32,000 nt of DNA from Pasteurella multocida (GTDB taxonomy: Bacteria > Pseudomonadota > Gammaproteobacteria > Enterobacterales > Pasteurellaceae). The stretch is taken from positions 1,620,001-1,652,000 of the forward strand of contig NZ_LT906458.1 of assembly GCF_900187275.1 (NCBI RefSeq), given 5' to 3'. How positions within the stretch are numbered: the first letter of the stretch is position 1; each line of letters starts with the position of its first letter. Under the pieces are notes generated by a model. That model was not told where the DNA came from and ran no database searches. It saw nothing but the letters and a program-made list of their open reading frames with translations. The position numbers were made by a program, and so were the translations under genes. Shown here piece by piece: positions 8,728 to 17,106 of the stretch.

Positions 8728-8962
8728 CTATAGGACCAATAGGACCATAGGACCAATTCAGGATTGGCGCGGGTTGAAGGCTTGTTTTTTGGTCCTATTC
8801 CATTTTTAAAAATAGGACCAGTAGGACCAAAATAGGACCACTTTTTAAAATGGTCATTTTTTGAGCTTTAAAAAATAGGACCAGATTTTATTTATTTTTT
8901 ATATAAGTTATTGTTTTTTATCTATATATTATTTTCTGGTCCTATTGGTCCTATAAAAAAAC
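8728..8962. repeat. TAGGACCA cluster A, possible ori or iteron region
   Basis: TAGGACCA at 8732, 8741, 8749, 8814, 8823, 8834, 8877; inverted TGGTCCTA at 8791, 8939, 8948; AT-rich segment 8885-8938. Confidence 0.8.
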
Positions 8963-9132
8963 TGTTATCTACACGAAAAAACTTTTTATCTAATTTTTTT
9001 AATTCTGCGTCCATTGCCTTGTGTAAAATAAATGCTACATATTTTACGAATTTTGGATATTCTCCTAATTAATATGCTACATATTAAGCAATAAAAAAGA
9101 GGGCGCTTGCCCTCTTGTTTATACTGGATAGG

Positions 9133-11310
9133 TTATGTATTTTCTTCCTCCTCGCTTTCCACCAGCGTATAGAGTAAATAACATCTTGTGCGATCACCTT
9201 TTATTTGGCGTGGGAGTTTGATTGTAAATCCATACCCCTTTTCCTTTCCTCGCTTTAACATTCCTTTCTCGGCTAGGATTTGGCAAGCCTGCTTTTTAGG
9301 ATGTCCTTTTATTGCCTCGTCAAATGCCATTGGGTACAAATAAAAATACTCTTGTTCATCGCTCTTGCTATCAGGTATTACACGAAAGCCAGCGATATTG
9401 TTTACTTCTCTTTGCGTTGGATCTATTGGGTATCTAATAAAACGCCCCTCCGCATTTGCTAAAAGCCAGCCATTCACTTGCTCAATAACCTGTAATTCCT
9501 CACGGCTATGATAACCAAAGATATTTACCCACTCATTAAATGCTTTCGTTATCGCATTTTCACATTCGCCCACATCCCACCCCGTGAAGTCTAGGGAAAG
9601 TTTTAACGTCATTTCTAATATCGAAAAACGGCTCATTACACGCTTAACTTGTGAATGGCAATCATTCGGCAAGGTATTTAATCTATTCTCTAAAATGGCT
9701 CGATATAACGGCTCTATGGCGTTGTTATGGTGTAAATCAATAAGGTGCTTAATCCACTCACGCCCTATAACGCCATAATGCAATTTTGAGGCTTGGTTTA
9801 AATGGTCTGCGTGCGCCTTTCCGTCTTTGTGGTGGTGGAATTGAGTAGCCCTTTGTAGTGGAATATTCAACAATCGGACTAATTGCCCCACATTCGTTTT
9901 TATCCCCACGTTAGTTAAGTAAGTTTCTAAATCTATTTCCCCCGTAGAAAAAGCCACCGTGCGCCAGCGTGCTAAATCTCGGTTTCCTCCCTCTTTTGCG
10001 CCTTGTATCTTGCCTACACCATTAAATAGACTATAAGCAATGTCGCCAACGTGCTTGCGGTTGGTGCTTTGCCCTATCTCATCCAACGGCATAAAACCAT
10101 CATTGCGTGCTTGCGCCTCGTTGCTAATCCCTAGCGGTGTAGTTAGCCAACTTAAACGGATTTCATCAGGATGACCATAGATAGAACTTGCAATATTGGC
10201 GATGGTTGTTTTGCCTGTTGAGCTACCCCCAAAGATATGAACACCAAAGCTCTCCGCATTGATCAAATGAATAATAGGCGCACTTAACGCAACGGCTACA
10301 CCTAACATCATAAACGGATTACCGGCCACATTATTGGCGATTTCCTGTTGCCAGCTTTCAATGCTACCCCTTACCCCATAGCCTTTATTATTGGCGGACT
10401 GCCCCACAAAAAATACTGGCGTTTTAGGCTCTCCAATAACCTCGCCATTAGGGAGAATATATGCGCCTGATTGCCACCCTGTCGCATTTACTACGCGATA
10501 AAAGCCCTTTTGATAGTAGTCTTGTAAATAATCGGCTAAGTAAGGTCGTAAGCGTTGATTATTCGTGATATTTAAACCATTTTTACGCAATAACTGCCAG
10601 CCTGTACGCTCGCCCACATCTTTTAACGGCAACGCAAGCAATGTATTATTATCACTATTATGCGGTTTAAAACTAATCATGGTGTAATACTCTTCATCAC
10701 TTCGACCTTGTCCAACCACCTCTAATTCATCACTCAGCCAATCTTCACGCTCAATAATTTCCCCAGTATCCTTATCTAATTTTGGAGTAATGCGATATAA
10801 GCCACTTTTACCGCCTATTTTGCGCTTTTCTATGTAAGGTGACATATTATCCACCCAAACATTATTTTCCTTCTCTATGCCCTCCTGTGCGATTATTTCA
10901 GCCATACCGCTATCTTGTCTTACTCGCTTAATGTAACTGCTTAGATTTTCGGTTACTTCGCCAATACAATTACATAATGCCAATTGATCAACTTTAGAAT
11001 GTTTGGCAAGGTTAAGACAAAGTGCGGTAATTTGCGCCTGTGAAAGCTCACCGCATTGAATCAGCCTTACAGCTCTCTGCGCTGGTGGAACAATTGCTAA
11101 CCGCTCTAGCTCGTTTAATTGTTTTACGTCAAGGATAATCGGCTTTTGTGTGGCGTTATGCTGTAATGCTTGGCAAAGTAAGAGCCATCCCTCGCCCTTA
11201 CCTTTACCCCACCATTCCCACGCTTGACTGCCTGCTAGCACAATTAAATCACTAAATGGCTCATTGGGTTGTTCTTTAAGGTGCGGTGCTTGGATCATTT
11301 TTTTACTCAT
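9133..11310 (-). CDS. DUF927-domain primase/helicase-like protein of satellite elements
   Basis: Walker A GVHIFGGSSTGKTTIANIASSIYG, LDEIGQ, ARWRTVAFSTGE. ORF extends to 11337; MSKKMIQ at 11310 is a likely start. Confidence 0.8.
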   Translation of the reverse strand: MSKKMIQAPHLKEQPNEPFSDLIVLAGSQAWEWWGKGKGEGWLLLCQALQHNATQKPIILDVKQLNELERLAIVPPAQRAVRLIQCGELSQAQITALCLNLAKHSKVDQLALCNCIGEVTENLSSYIKRVRQDSGMAEIIAQEGIEKENNVWVDNMSPYIEKRKIGGKSGLYRITPKLDKDTGEIIEREDWLSDELEVVGQGRSDEEYYTMISFKPHNSDNNTLLALPLKDVGERTGWQLLRKNGLNITNNQRLRPYLADYLQDYYQKGFYRVVNATGWQSGAYILPNGEVIGEPKTPVFFVGQSANNKGYGVRGSIESWQQEIANNVAGNPFMMLGVAVALSAPIIHLINAESFGVHIFGGSSTGKTTIANIASSIYGHPDEIRLSWLTTPLGISNEAQARNDGFMPLDEIGQSTNRKHVGDIAYSLFNGVGKIQGAKEGGNRDLARWRTVAFSTGEIDLETYLTNVGIKTNVGQLVRLLNIPLQRATQFHHHKDGKAHADHLNQASKLHYGVIGREWIKHLIDLHHNNAIEPLYRAILENRLNTLPNDCHSQVKRVMSRFSILEMTLKLSLDFTGWDVGECENAITKAFNEWVNIFGYHSREELQVIEQVNGWLLANAEGRFIRYPIDPTQREVNNIAGFRVIPDSKSDEQEYFYLYPMAFDEAIKGHPKKQACQILAEKGMLKRGKEKGYGFTIKLPRQIKGDRTRCYLLYTLVESEEEENT

Positions 11311-11737
11311 TTCCGCCCCCTTGTATCTCGTCCACATTAAAACTAACGCTATGTAATTTGCTAATTAAATATTTAGCACCACGCATAAAGGATTTAATCT
11401 GCCCCTTTTGTTCTTTACTTAACGTTTTTCCTTCTGCTAATTTTTCCACCACCAGCAAGCCTTTTGATAACCGTTCGGCTAAATCATCACATTCTTTGGC
11501 TAATTTAATCTTATGGTGATAGCAATCTGGAAATTCATTAAAACAACGTTGGTTACTGTCTTTTATCAGCTGAAATTGGCGGTTAATTTGCGTATATAGC
11601 ACACATAAGCCATTTCCTTTGCCTAAGGTGAGGGTTGGCTTTCTATCGTTCAAATAACCCTCTAATTTCGCTTTAAACGGCTTATTAGGTTCGGTGGTGG
11701 ATTTCGCTACTTTCATTTGAGTAATTGGATTCATCAT
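11303..11737 (-). CDS. Hypothetical satellite protein
   Basis: 144 aa ORF packed between the DUF927 gene and 11734-12060, overlapping both. Confidence 0.6.
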   Translation of the reverse strand: MMNPITQMKVAKSTTEPNKPFKAKLEGYLNDRKPTLTLGKGNGLCVLYTQINRQFQLIKDSNQRCFNEFPDCYHHKIKLAKECDDLAERLSKGLLVVEKLAEGKTLSKEQKGQIKSFMRGAKYLISKLHSVSFNVDEIQGGGNE

Positions 11738-12060
11738 TGATCACCTCCTAAACCGTCCGGATGACTAATTCTGATTTCAGAATACAAACCAGTGGTTTTT
11801 AAATAATCAGATACATCACAAGCTTGAGCATAGGTAGGATATTCGCCCACAAAAGCAATCTCGCCTTGTTTATCAAAAACAGTGATTTCATAAGGAGAAC
11901 GCTCTACTCTCAATGTTGAACTATAAACAAGCGGATCGTTATCCATTGCCTCACGTGCGATTTGTGCTGCCTCTTGGTATGTTTTCCCGGTGGCAATAAT
12001 GAATGGTTGACCTTCTACGGTTTCATCTTCTCGATAAGTGATTACGCTGTATTTACGCAT
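11734..12060 (-). CDS. Hypothetical satellite protein (108 aa)
   Basis: MRKYSVITYREDETVEGQPFIIATGKTYQEAAQIAREAM; 4-bp overlap with the next ORF. Confidence 0.55.
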   Translation of the reverse strand: MRKYSVITYREDETVEGQPFIIATGKTYQEAAQIAREAMDNDPLVYSSTLRVERSPYEITVFDKQGEIAFVGEYPTYAQACDVSDYLKTTGLYSEIRISHPDGLGGDQ

Positions 12061-12448
12061 AAATCACCTCCATAGCAGGAGCAAAAGCAATAGGTGTGCG
12101 TGAACGAACCGCTAAAAGTGCGGTAGATTTTTGACTAGTTTTCATTGTGGGATTTCTCAATAGTTTAGTAAAAGGAGTACCGCACTTAGTAGGGTGCGAT
12201 ACGGTCTCAACTACCGCTATTGAACGGCTAACCTTATTCGTGCGCAAATGCGCCTTATTTCGGTTTATCAACCGTACCGCAAATTCGGTTAATGATAGGG
12301 TGTCAGTCAATGGCTGATACTCTAAAGAGTGAATTTGAGGTAAAAAAATACCGCTTGAATAACGCTTGCGGTTAGCGTCAATAGATGTAGTACCTTGAAT
12401 ACTACTAGCAATAACAGATCTTGACAATGCTTTTTTCACATTACGCAT
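12053..12448 (-). CDS. Hypothetical, possible relative of the adjacent Icd/Ash-like ORF
   Basis: C-terminus LLAVRSRTPIAFAPAMEVIYA resembles FFVREVRTPKINPAMDLFSMV of the next ORF. Confidence 0.4.
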   Translation of the reverse strand: MRNVKKALSRSVIASSIQGTTSIDANRKRYSSGIFLPQIHSLEYQPLTDTLSLTEFAVRLINRNKAHLRTNKVSRSIAVVETVSHPTKCGTPFTKLLRNPTMKTSQKSTALLAVRSRTPIAFAPAMEVIYA

Positions 12449-13037
12449 AAATACCCCCTTTAACCTCTAAAGTGCGGTCATTTTTTGCGGTGTTTGGTAA
12501 GCGACCTAAGAGAATAAGAACATAATTACGCGCTAAATAGGCTCTCGCTTGGGTTTCGTTATCAGCTAATATGCGGATTTGTTCTGCTTTGGTTTGGTCG
12601 TAGTGTTGGCGTGATATGCCTAAGAATTGGTAAATCATTTGCGTAACTCCGTATGTAAAATTATTGAGAGTTACCGCTAAAAGTTTCCACGCTTTAGGGC
12701 GGTAACGTGCGACTGGGTGGAAAACTGCGACATACGGTACACAGCCAACGATTAAACGTTGCCAATCGCACGCTACCATTGAGAATAGATCCATTGCTGG
12801 ATTTATTTTAGGTGTGCGAACTTCACGAACAAAAAAAGCACGGTTAAATGGCGTGCTACTGTTCGCCGTATGTTTATTATTCGAGTTTCCACGCTCGGTT
12901 AGCGATTTTGCGCTAACGATTAAATAATGCCAAAACGCACCGCACTTTGTAAAGCGTTTTAGCTCACTTTTTTTAAATAAATCGGATTTTTTGAATAGCA
13001 TTTTGATATAATCCCTTTGCCTAGATATTGATTTCAT
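12441..13037 (-). CDS. Icd/Ash-like P4-family satellite protein
   Basis: Pattern RPKAWKLLAVTLNNF...ADNETQARAYLARNYVLILLGRLP is reminiscent of Icd-like/Phage_ASH proteins. Confidence 0.45.
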   Translation of the reverse strand: MKSISRQRDYIKMLFKKSDLFKKSELKRFTKCGAFWHYLIVSAKSLTERGNSNNKHTANSSTPFNRAFFVREVRTPKINPAMDLFSMVACDWQRLIVGCVPYVAVFHPVARYRPKAWKLLAVTLNNFTYGVTQMIYQFLGISRQHYDQTKAEQIRILADNETQARAYLARNYVLILLGRLPNTAKNDRTLEVKGGIYA

Positions 13038-13123
13038 TCCAAAGCCTCATTGAGTTAAACTCGGTGAGGTTTTTTGTTTCTTGCCGTAATCTTGCCGTTT
13101 TATCAGCCTATCTTTTATGTAAA

Positions 13124-13486
13124 TCACCGCCTTTTAAGCCATTTTGAGAACCTAATTTTTTGATTCAATCCAGCCAGTTCTGTTGCTGTTAAAATGTCAT
13201 GTTTTGCTGGTGGATCTTTCCTATCACTCATTAAATCTGTTCTCTCTGTTCTGCCCCTGTAATGTGGTAATAATTCCCCTTGTTTTGCCATTTCTGCCTT
13301 AAATTCCTCTATCATTTCAACAGTACGATAATCATTTAACAGCTCGCTTGCTCTTGCCCTGATAGTGTGCGGTTTCATTCGTGATAACTGGCTTTCACTT
13401 AATACCGTTTTTAAGGCGTGCGTAGCATTTCCTAATCTTGAATACGCTTTGGCAAACTCCTTTCTCACTTGATACCCATAGCCCAT
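13124..13486 (-). CDS. Hypothetical satellite protein (120 aa)
   Basis: Collinear ORF, MGYGYQVRKEFAKAYSRLGNATHALKTVLSESQLSRMKPHTIRARASELLNDY. Confidence 0.5.
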   Translation of the reverse strand: MGYGYQVRKEFAKAYSRLGNATHALKTVLSESQLSRMKPHTIRARASELLNDYRTVEMIEEFKAEMAKQGELLPHYRGRTERTDLMSDRKDPPAKHDILTATELAGLNQKIRFSKWLKRR

Positions 13487-13542
13487 TCCACCACCCTATA
13501 TACTTTATATGTTCAGTTTTCCCCTTGTATGTGTACCACTTT

Positions 13543-13907
13543 CCTCAATTTTGAGGTTTGTTTTAAAATCAACGACTTATAATTCCCTCAAATTGAGGTA
13601 AAGCCATACTCCCTCGCGCGCGCTCGTACTGGTCGCAAAATTGCCTTTTTTATGGACTCCAAGAATTCAGGGTATTCACCACTCCCTCGCTCGCACTGGA
13701 AAGGTTGCCGTAATGGTGCCGTCCCCTAATCTTCCTCACGCGCTTACTGAATTTAACTGGACCAATTTTGGTCTCGTTGAATATACTTCCTCGTATGTGT
13801 TTGTACTGGAATATCCCTTTTTTATGGACTCGCAAAATTCCCAAAACCACCATTGGTGGACTGGCTCAAAATTGAGCTGGTTTTCATCTCCTAAAATTTG
13901 AGGAGAT
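13543..13907. repeat. Cluster of six compact palindromes plus an exact 16-mer repeat
   Basis: 13543 CCTCAATTTTGAGG; 13586 CCTCAAATTGAGG; 13760 GACCAATTTTGGTC; 13847 CCACCATTGGTGG; 13864 GCTCAAAATTGAGC; 13886 ATCTCCT-N8-AGGAGAT; CCTTTTTTATGGACTC at 13644 and 13816. Confidence 0.8.
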
Positions 13908-13947
13908 TACCGCCAACTTGTGTTAGTTCAGTTGTGGTCACGAGCAT

Positions 13948-14235
13948 TCATTTTTTCTCAACCTCGCTTAGCCTTTTCTCTAACTTATTCAGCGTTTGCC
14001 TAGCCTTGAGTAATTGCCCCAATAAGAACTCCGTAGGGTATTGTTTATATTCCCGTTCAATTTCTAGCACCTTTTCTTTCTGCAGTTGGATGACCTCACT
14101 TAATGGATAGGGTTCGTTATCGTCATCAAGACTAAGAAAATAGTAGGTAGTCGCTCTCACCAAGTAATGTTGAACGGCATTAGGTAAGAGAAAACGCTTA
14201 GCTATCTTGTTCTTTATTTCCATTTCTTTTCCCAA
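13948..14235 (-). CDS. Hypothetical satellite protein (95 aa)
   Basis: MGKEMEIKNKIAKRFLLPNAVQHYLVRATTYYFLSLDDD; C-terminal coiled-coil-like stretch. Confidence 0.5.
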   Translation of the reverse strand: MGKEMEIKNKIAKRFLLPNAVQHYLVRATTYYFLSLDDDNEPYPLSEVIQLQKEKVLEIEREYKQYPTEFLLGQLLKARQTLNKLEKRLSEVEKK

Positions 14236-14414
14236 TAAATTCGCTTTTCTTCTACGGTGAGATTGTGAAAGTGAGTAGCATATCCACCGTGCTTTAATGC
14301 GTTAAATCGGCTATGGCGATATGCTTTTTCCGTTTCGCAAATAGGCGTTTTATTTCGCACTTTTGGCGTTATCTGAACACTCACAATCCACCACCAGCAA
14401 GGGTTTAACGGTTT

Positions 14415-14693
14415 TCACAATTCGCAATTTGTTTCGCAATTTATCTGTAATAATTGCGCTAATTTTTCTTGGATATTCTCCACGTCATAAATTAAGCAGT
14501 TAATACGCTCTAACGCCCACTCTAGATAGTCTTTATCGCTCATCCTGACGTTAGGCTCTCCCTCTGTTTTTATCGTTGGATAACCTTTATCTATGGCGAT
14601 TTCTAAACTCTCTTGGATATTGTTTAACTGCGCCAAAATATCTGCGTATGTAGGTTTATATTGGCTTTCTGCTGGTGGATTGGTATCAAGCAT
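14415..14693 (-). CDS. Hypothetical satellite protein (92 aa)
   Basis: MLDTNPPAESQYKPTYADILAQLNNIQESLEIAIDKG; 8-bp overlap with the rha-like gene. Confidence 0.5.
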   Translation of the reverse strand: MLDTNPPAESQYKPTYADILAQLNNIQESLEIAIDKGYPTIKTEGEPNVRMSDKDYLEWALERINCLIYDVENIQEKLAQLLQINCETNCEL

Positions 14694-15408
14694 TTAATGC
14701 CCCCTTTCTCAAATGGTGTAATGTGGTTTCCTGTAACTGTGCTTTGCGCTGGTGGTAGCCCATACCTAACTTAATCATTACGGCATTTTCAGAAAGCAAC
14801 TGATCAACTAATTGCAACTGATCAACGGTCAAGCATTGTCTTATTTCCACATCATCAGGATAGCCATTCTCCAGTAGCCACGATTTACGGCTATTCCCTA
14901 GTGCTACTACATAAACAAGGTTATTTTCTCGGCTGTATGCGTGAGGGTCATCTTTGCCTACTTGTTCTAAGCGGTACTTAATCGCCTCATTCATTCGTAG
15001 TTGATCAACTTTCATATTGGCGCGTGTCGCAAGGCGTTTTTTCATCTCGTTAAACTCTTTGATGTACTGCTCTTTAAATTGCATTGCTTTCTTGCCAGTA
15101 AAGCCCATCACTAACAACGTAAAACCATCTTGGGTCATTAAATACATTGGTCTTTTCTCACCTTTCTCATCGGTGTATTTAACCGCCTTAAAATTAAGGG
15201 CGTTAAATTCAGGCGAACAACCTAAGTTTTTTATAGTCGCTAGAAGATTATCGTGCCGTTTACCAAAGTAATGCGCTACTTTTAGGCTATCTGTCATCGC
15301 TACCGTTTCCTTGTGAAAGACTTTAGGAAATACTGCGCTATTTACCGCACTTTCTGCGCCTTGTAGCTCGTTTACTTGGTTTACTTGATTCTTGGTATTA
15401 ATCATCAT
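14686..15408 (-). CDS. Rha-family regulatory protein
   Basis: VFHKETVAMTDSLKVAHYFGKRHDNLLATIKNLGCSPEFNALNFKAVKYTDEKGEKRPMYLMTQDGFTLLVMGFTGKKAMQFKEQYIKEFNEM. Confidence 0.87.
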   Translation of the reverse strand: MMINTKNQVNQVNELQGAESAVNSAVFPKVFHKETVAMTDSLKVAHYFGKRHDNLLATIKNLGCSPEFNALNFKAVKYTDEKGEKRPMYLMTQDGFTLLVMGFTGKKAMQFKEQYIKEFNEMKKRLATRANMKVDQLRMNEAIKYRLEQVGKDDPHAYSRENNLVYVVALGNSRKSWLLENGYPDDVEIRQCLTVDQLQLVDQLLSENAVMIKLGMGYHQRKAQLQETTLHHLRKGALNA

Positions 15409-15425
15409 TAAATCCTCGCTATGCG

Positions 15426-15848
15426 CTAAATATTGGCTTTTGGGCGTGATGGTTTTTGTACTATTCTTTCACCGTCCACCACCGCCAAAGGGTCAACATA
15501 ATTAAAGCGGTTCATTGCCTCGTTAATATCTGCCTGTGAGAGTGGCTTATAACCTCGTTGGCTTGCTTTCAGGTTGTAATACTTGGCTAACTTCTCGCAA
15601 TCTTTCGCACTTGCTACTCGGTAAGAGAGATAAACGCCACCGTATACCCCCTTGCGTTCCACTCGCACAAATGAAATATCGTTTTGCTCCTCGAGTTGAT
15701 TAATCTCATTACGCAAAGAACGGTTAAAACAGATTTTTTGTAATTCAAGTTCACTAACCTCACCCAATAGCACAGCTAAGCCAGCTACTTTTGGCTTACG
15801 TTCCATCAGTGGAAAGTTAAAACTCGCTAGATATTGATCACCTTCCAT
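15426..15848 (-). CDS. Hypothetical satellite protein (140 aa)
   Basis: Collinear ORF between the alpA-like and rha-like genes; no confident family. Confidence 0.55.
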   Translation of the reverse strand: MEGDQYLASFNFPLMERKPKVAGLAVLLGEVSELELQKICFNRSLRNEINQLEEQNDISFVRVERKGVYGGVYLSYRVASAKDCEKLAKYYNLKASQRGYKPLSQADINEAMNRFNYVDPLAVVDGERIVQKPSRPKANI

Positions 15849-15857
15849 AATTCCCCC

Positions 15858-16055
15858 TTATGCGTTAGTGGATTGAATAAAGGCATTGACCTCATCAGCA
15901 CTAAAACGCACAGAACCACCAATTTTGATTTTTTTCAGTAAGCCCTGTTTTGCTAAGCGGTCAATTTTGGTGCGTGAGCCAATACCAAGTGCGGTTAGCT
16001 CGTTAATGGAATAGTATTTTTTGATTGGTGTTTGATTGGTTTGAGTCGTACTCAT
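15858..16055 (-). CDS. AlpA-like / excisionase-fold helix-turn-helix regulator
   Basis: 65 aa; YYSINELTALGIGSRTKIDRLAKQGLLKKIKIGGSVRFSADEVNAFI. Confidence 0.8.
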   Translation of the reverse strand: MSTTQTNQTPIKKYYSINELTALGIGSRTKIDRLAKQGLLKKIKIGGSVRFSADEVNAFIQSTNA

Positions 16056-16153
16056 AAATACCCCTTTTAATTTGGTTAATTAAAATTAAGCAAAGTATTT
16101 CGTTTTGCTTGGGAGTATTTTGCTGTGGGAATTTTAGTAAGCCTATCCAACGT

Positions 16154-16225
16154 ACTGTTGATTATATTTTCTAACAGTAGGTCATATTTTCTCACTGTTA
16201 GATTATATGGTTTACAGTAAAACAG
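16154..16225. promoter_or_regulatory. Candidate operator array upstream of the alpA-like gene
   Basis: Half-sites ACTGTT/AACAGT at 16154, 16173, 16194 and 16214 (ACAGT); palindromes CTGTT-N13-AACAG and CTGTTAGATTATATGGTTTACAG, each 23 bp and 40 bp apart. Confidence 0.55.
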
Positions 16226-16258
16226 ATAATCAACTAAATGAATTTTAGGCAATAAAAA

Positions 16259-16279
16259 AGCCGATCTATTGAATCGGCT
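16259..16279 (-). terminator. Rho-independent terminator after the 201-aa gene
   Basis: AGCCGAT-tcaatag-ATCGGCT followed by TTTTTTATTG on the minus strand. Confidence 0.8.
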
Positions 16280-16885
16280 CTAGTGGTTATTTTGATGCTT
16301 TTTCCTGTTTGGGTTTAAATCTCTAATCCATTCTTGGATAAGCCCTACGCTTTTTCTTATTCCTAACTCGCTCTTTATTTCATACGCAGTATCAAGTAAC
16401 GATTTTTTGCGGTATTTCCCCCATATTTCTTTTGCCAATATTCTAGCAGAGTTAATATTAGGATCTTCTGGCTTTGGTTTTCTTTTTGCTCTATTTTGTT
16501 TGGCTATTGCCACATTTGAGATTTCTAAAAGCTTTAACAATCTCTCATATTTACGAATAATAACGGCTATACTTAACAGGGATCTACCTTCAAAAAGTGC
16601 GTTCTCTCCATTTGCCACTATGTAAGAAATAGTATTTAATAAAAAACTTTTAAAGGAATTAGCTTCTATTTTATTAATAACACTATCTCTAAAATCTTTG
16701 AAAGTTTCAAAAATATCTTCATCATTATAATCTTTTACATGGTTAATAGCTTCGCTCAATCTCAATCTAATCTCATTTTCAGAACTATTTTTTATTTCGT
16801 CTAATTCCTTTATAACTTGAACATAATAATGCTCACAATAATCATCACGAGTGGCAAATTCTTTTTTATAAATATCACGCTCCAT
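16280..16885 (-). CDS. Hypothetical protein (201 aa) between the integrase and alpA-like genes
   Basis: Full ORF with its own terminator; C-terminus SLLDTAYEIKSELGIRKSVGLIQEWIRDLNP may be DNA-binding. Confidence 0.6.
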   Translation of the reverse strand: MERDIYKKEFATRDDYCEHYYVQVIKELDEIKNSSENEIRLRLSEAINHVKDYNDEDIFETFKDFRDSVINKIEANSFKSFLLNTISYIVANGENALFEGRSLLSIAVIIRKYERLLKLLEISNVAIAKQNRAKRKPKPEDPNINSARILAKEIWGKYRKKSLLDTAYEIKSELGIRKSVGLIQEWIRDLNPNRKKHQNNH

Positions 16886-17106
16886 AAAACGTCCCTATAC
16901 GTTGCCCTATTTAGTTGGTGCGCAACAAAGAATAAATAGGGTTATTCTCTTTCGGCTCGGGTAATTAGTCCGCCCCTAGTTGCGCATATTTGGTTAAATA
17001 TTTCTCACTAAATTTAATCATATTTCACCATACTGTACAAGCACTGTATAAAAAGTTTATTTTCAGCACAACACAACCTCTTTTTAGCCCATTTACTGCC
17101 TCATTT

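Noticed and set aside
8120-9132. Considered a retron or a reverse-transcriptase-linked ncRNA
   Set aside because: No reverse transcriptase ORF in the window, and no long msr/msd-like inverted repeats.
13641-13901. Overlapping ORFs on both strands (13641-13901 + and 13650-13853 -)
   Set aside because: The region is dominated by palindromes and repeats; neither ORF has convincing initiation context or family, so not called as CDS.
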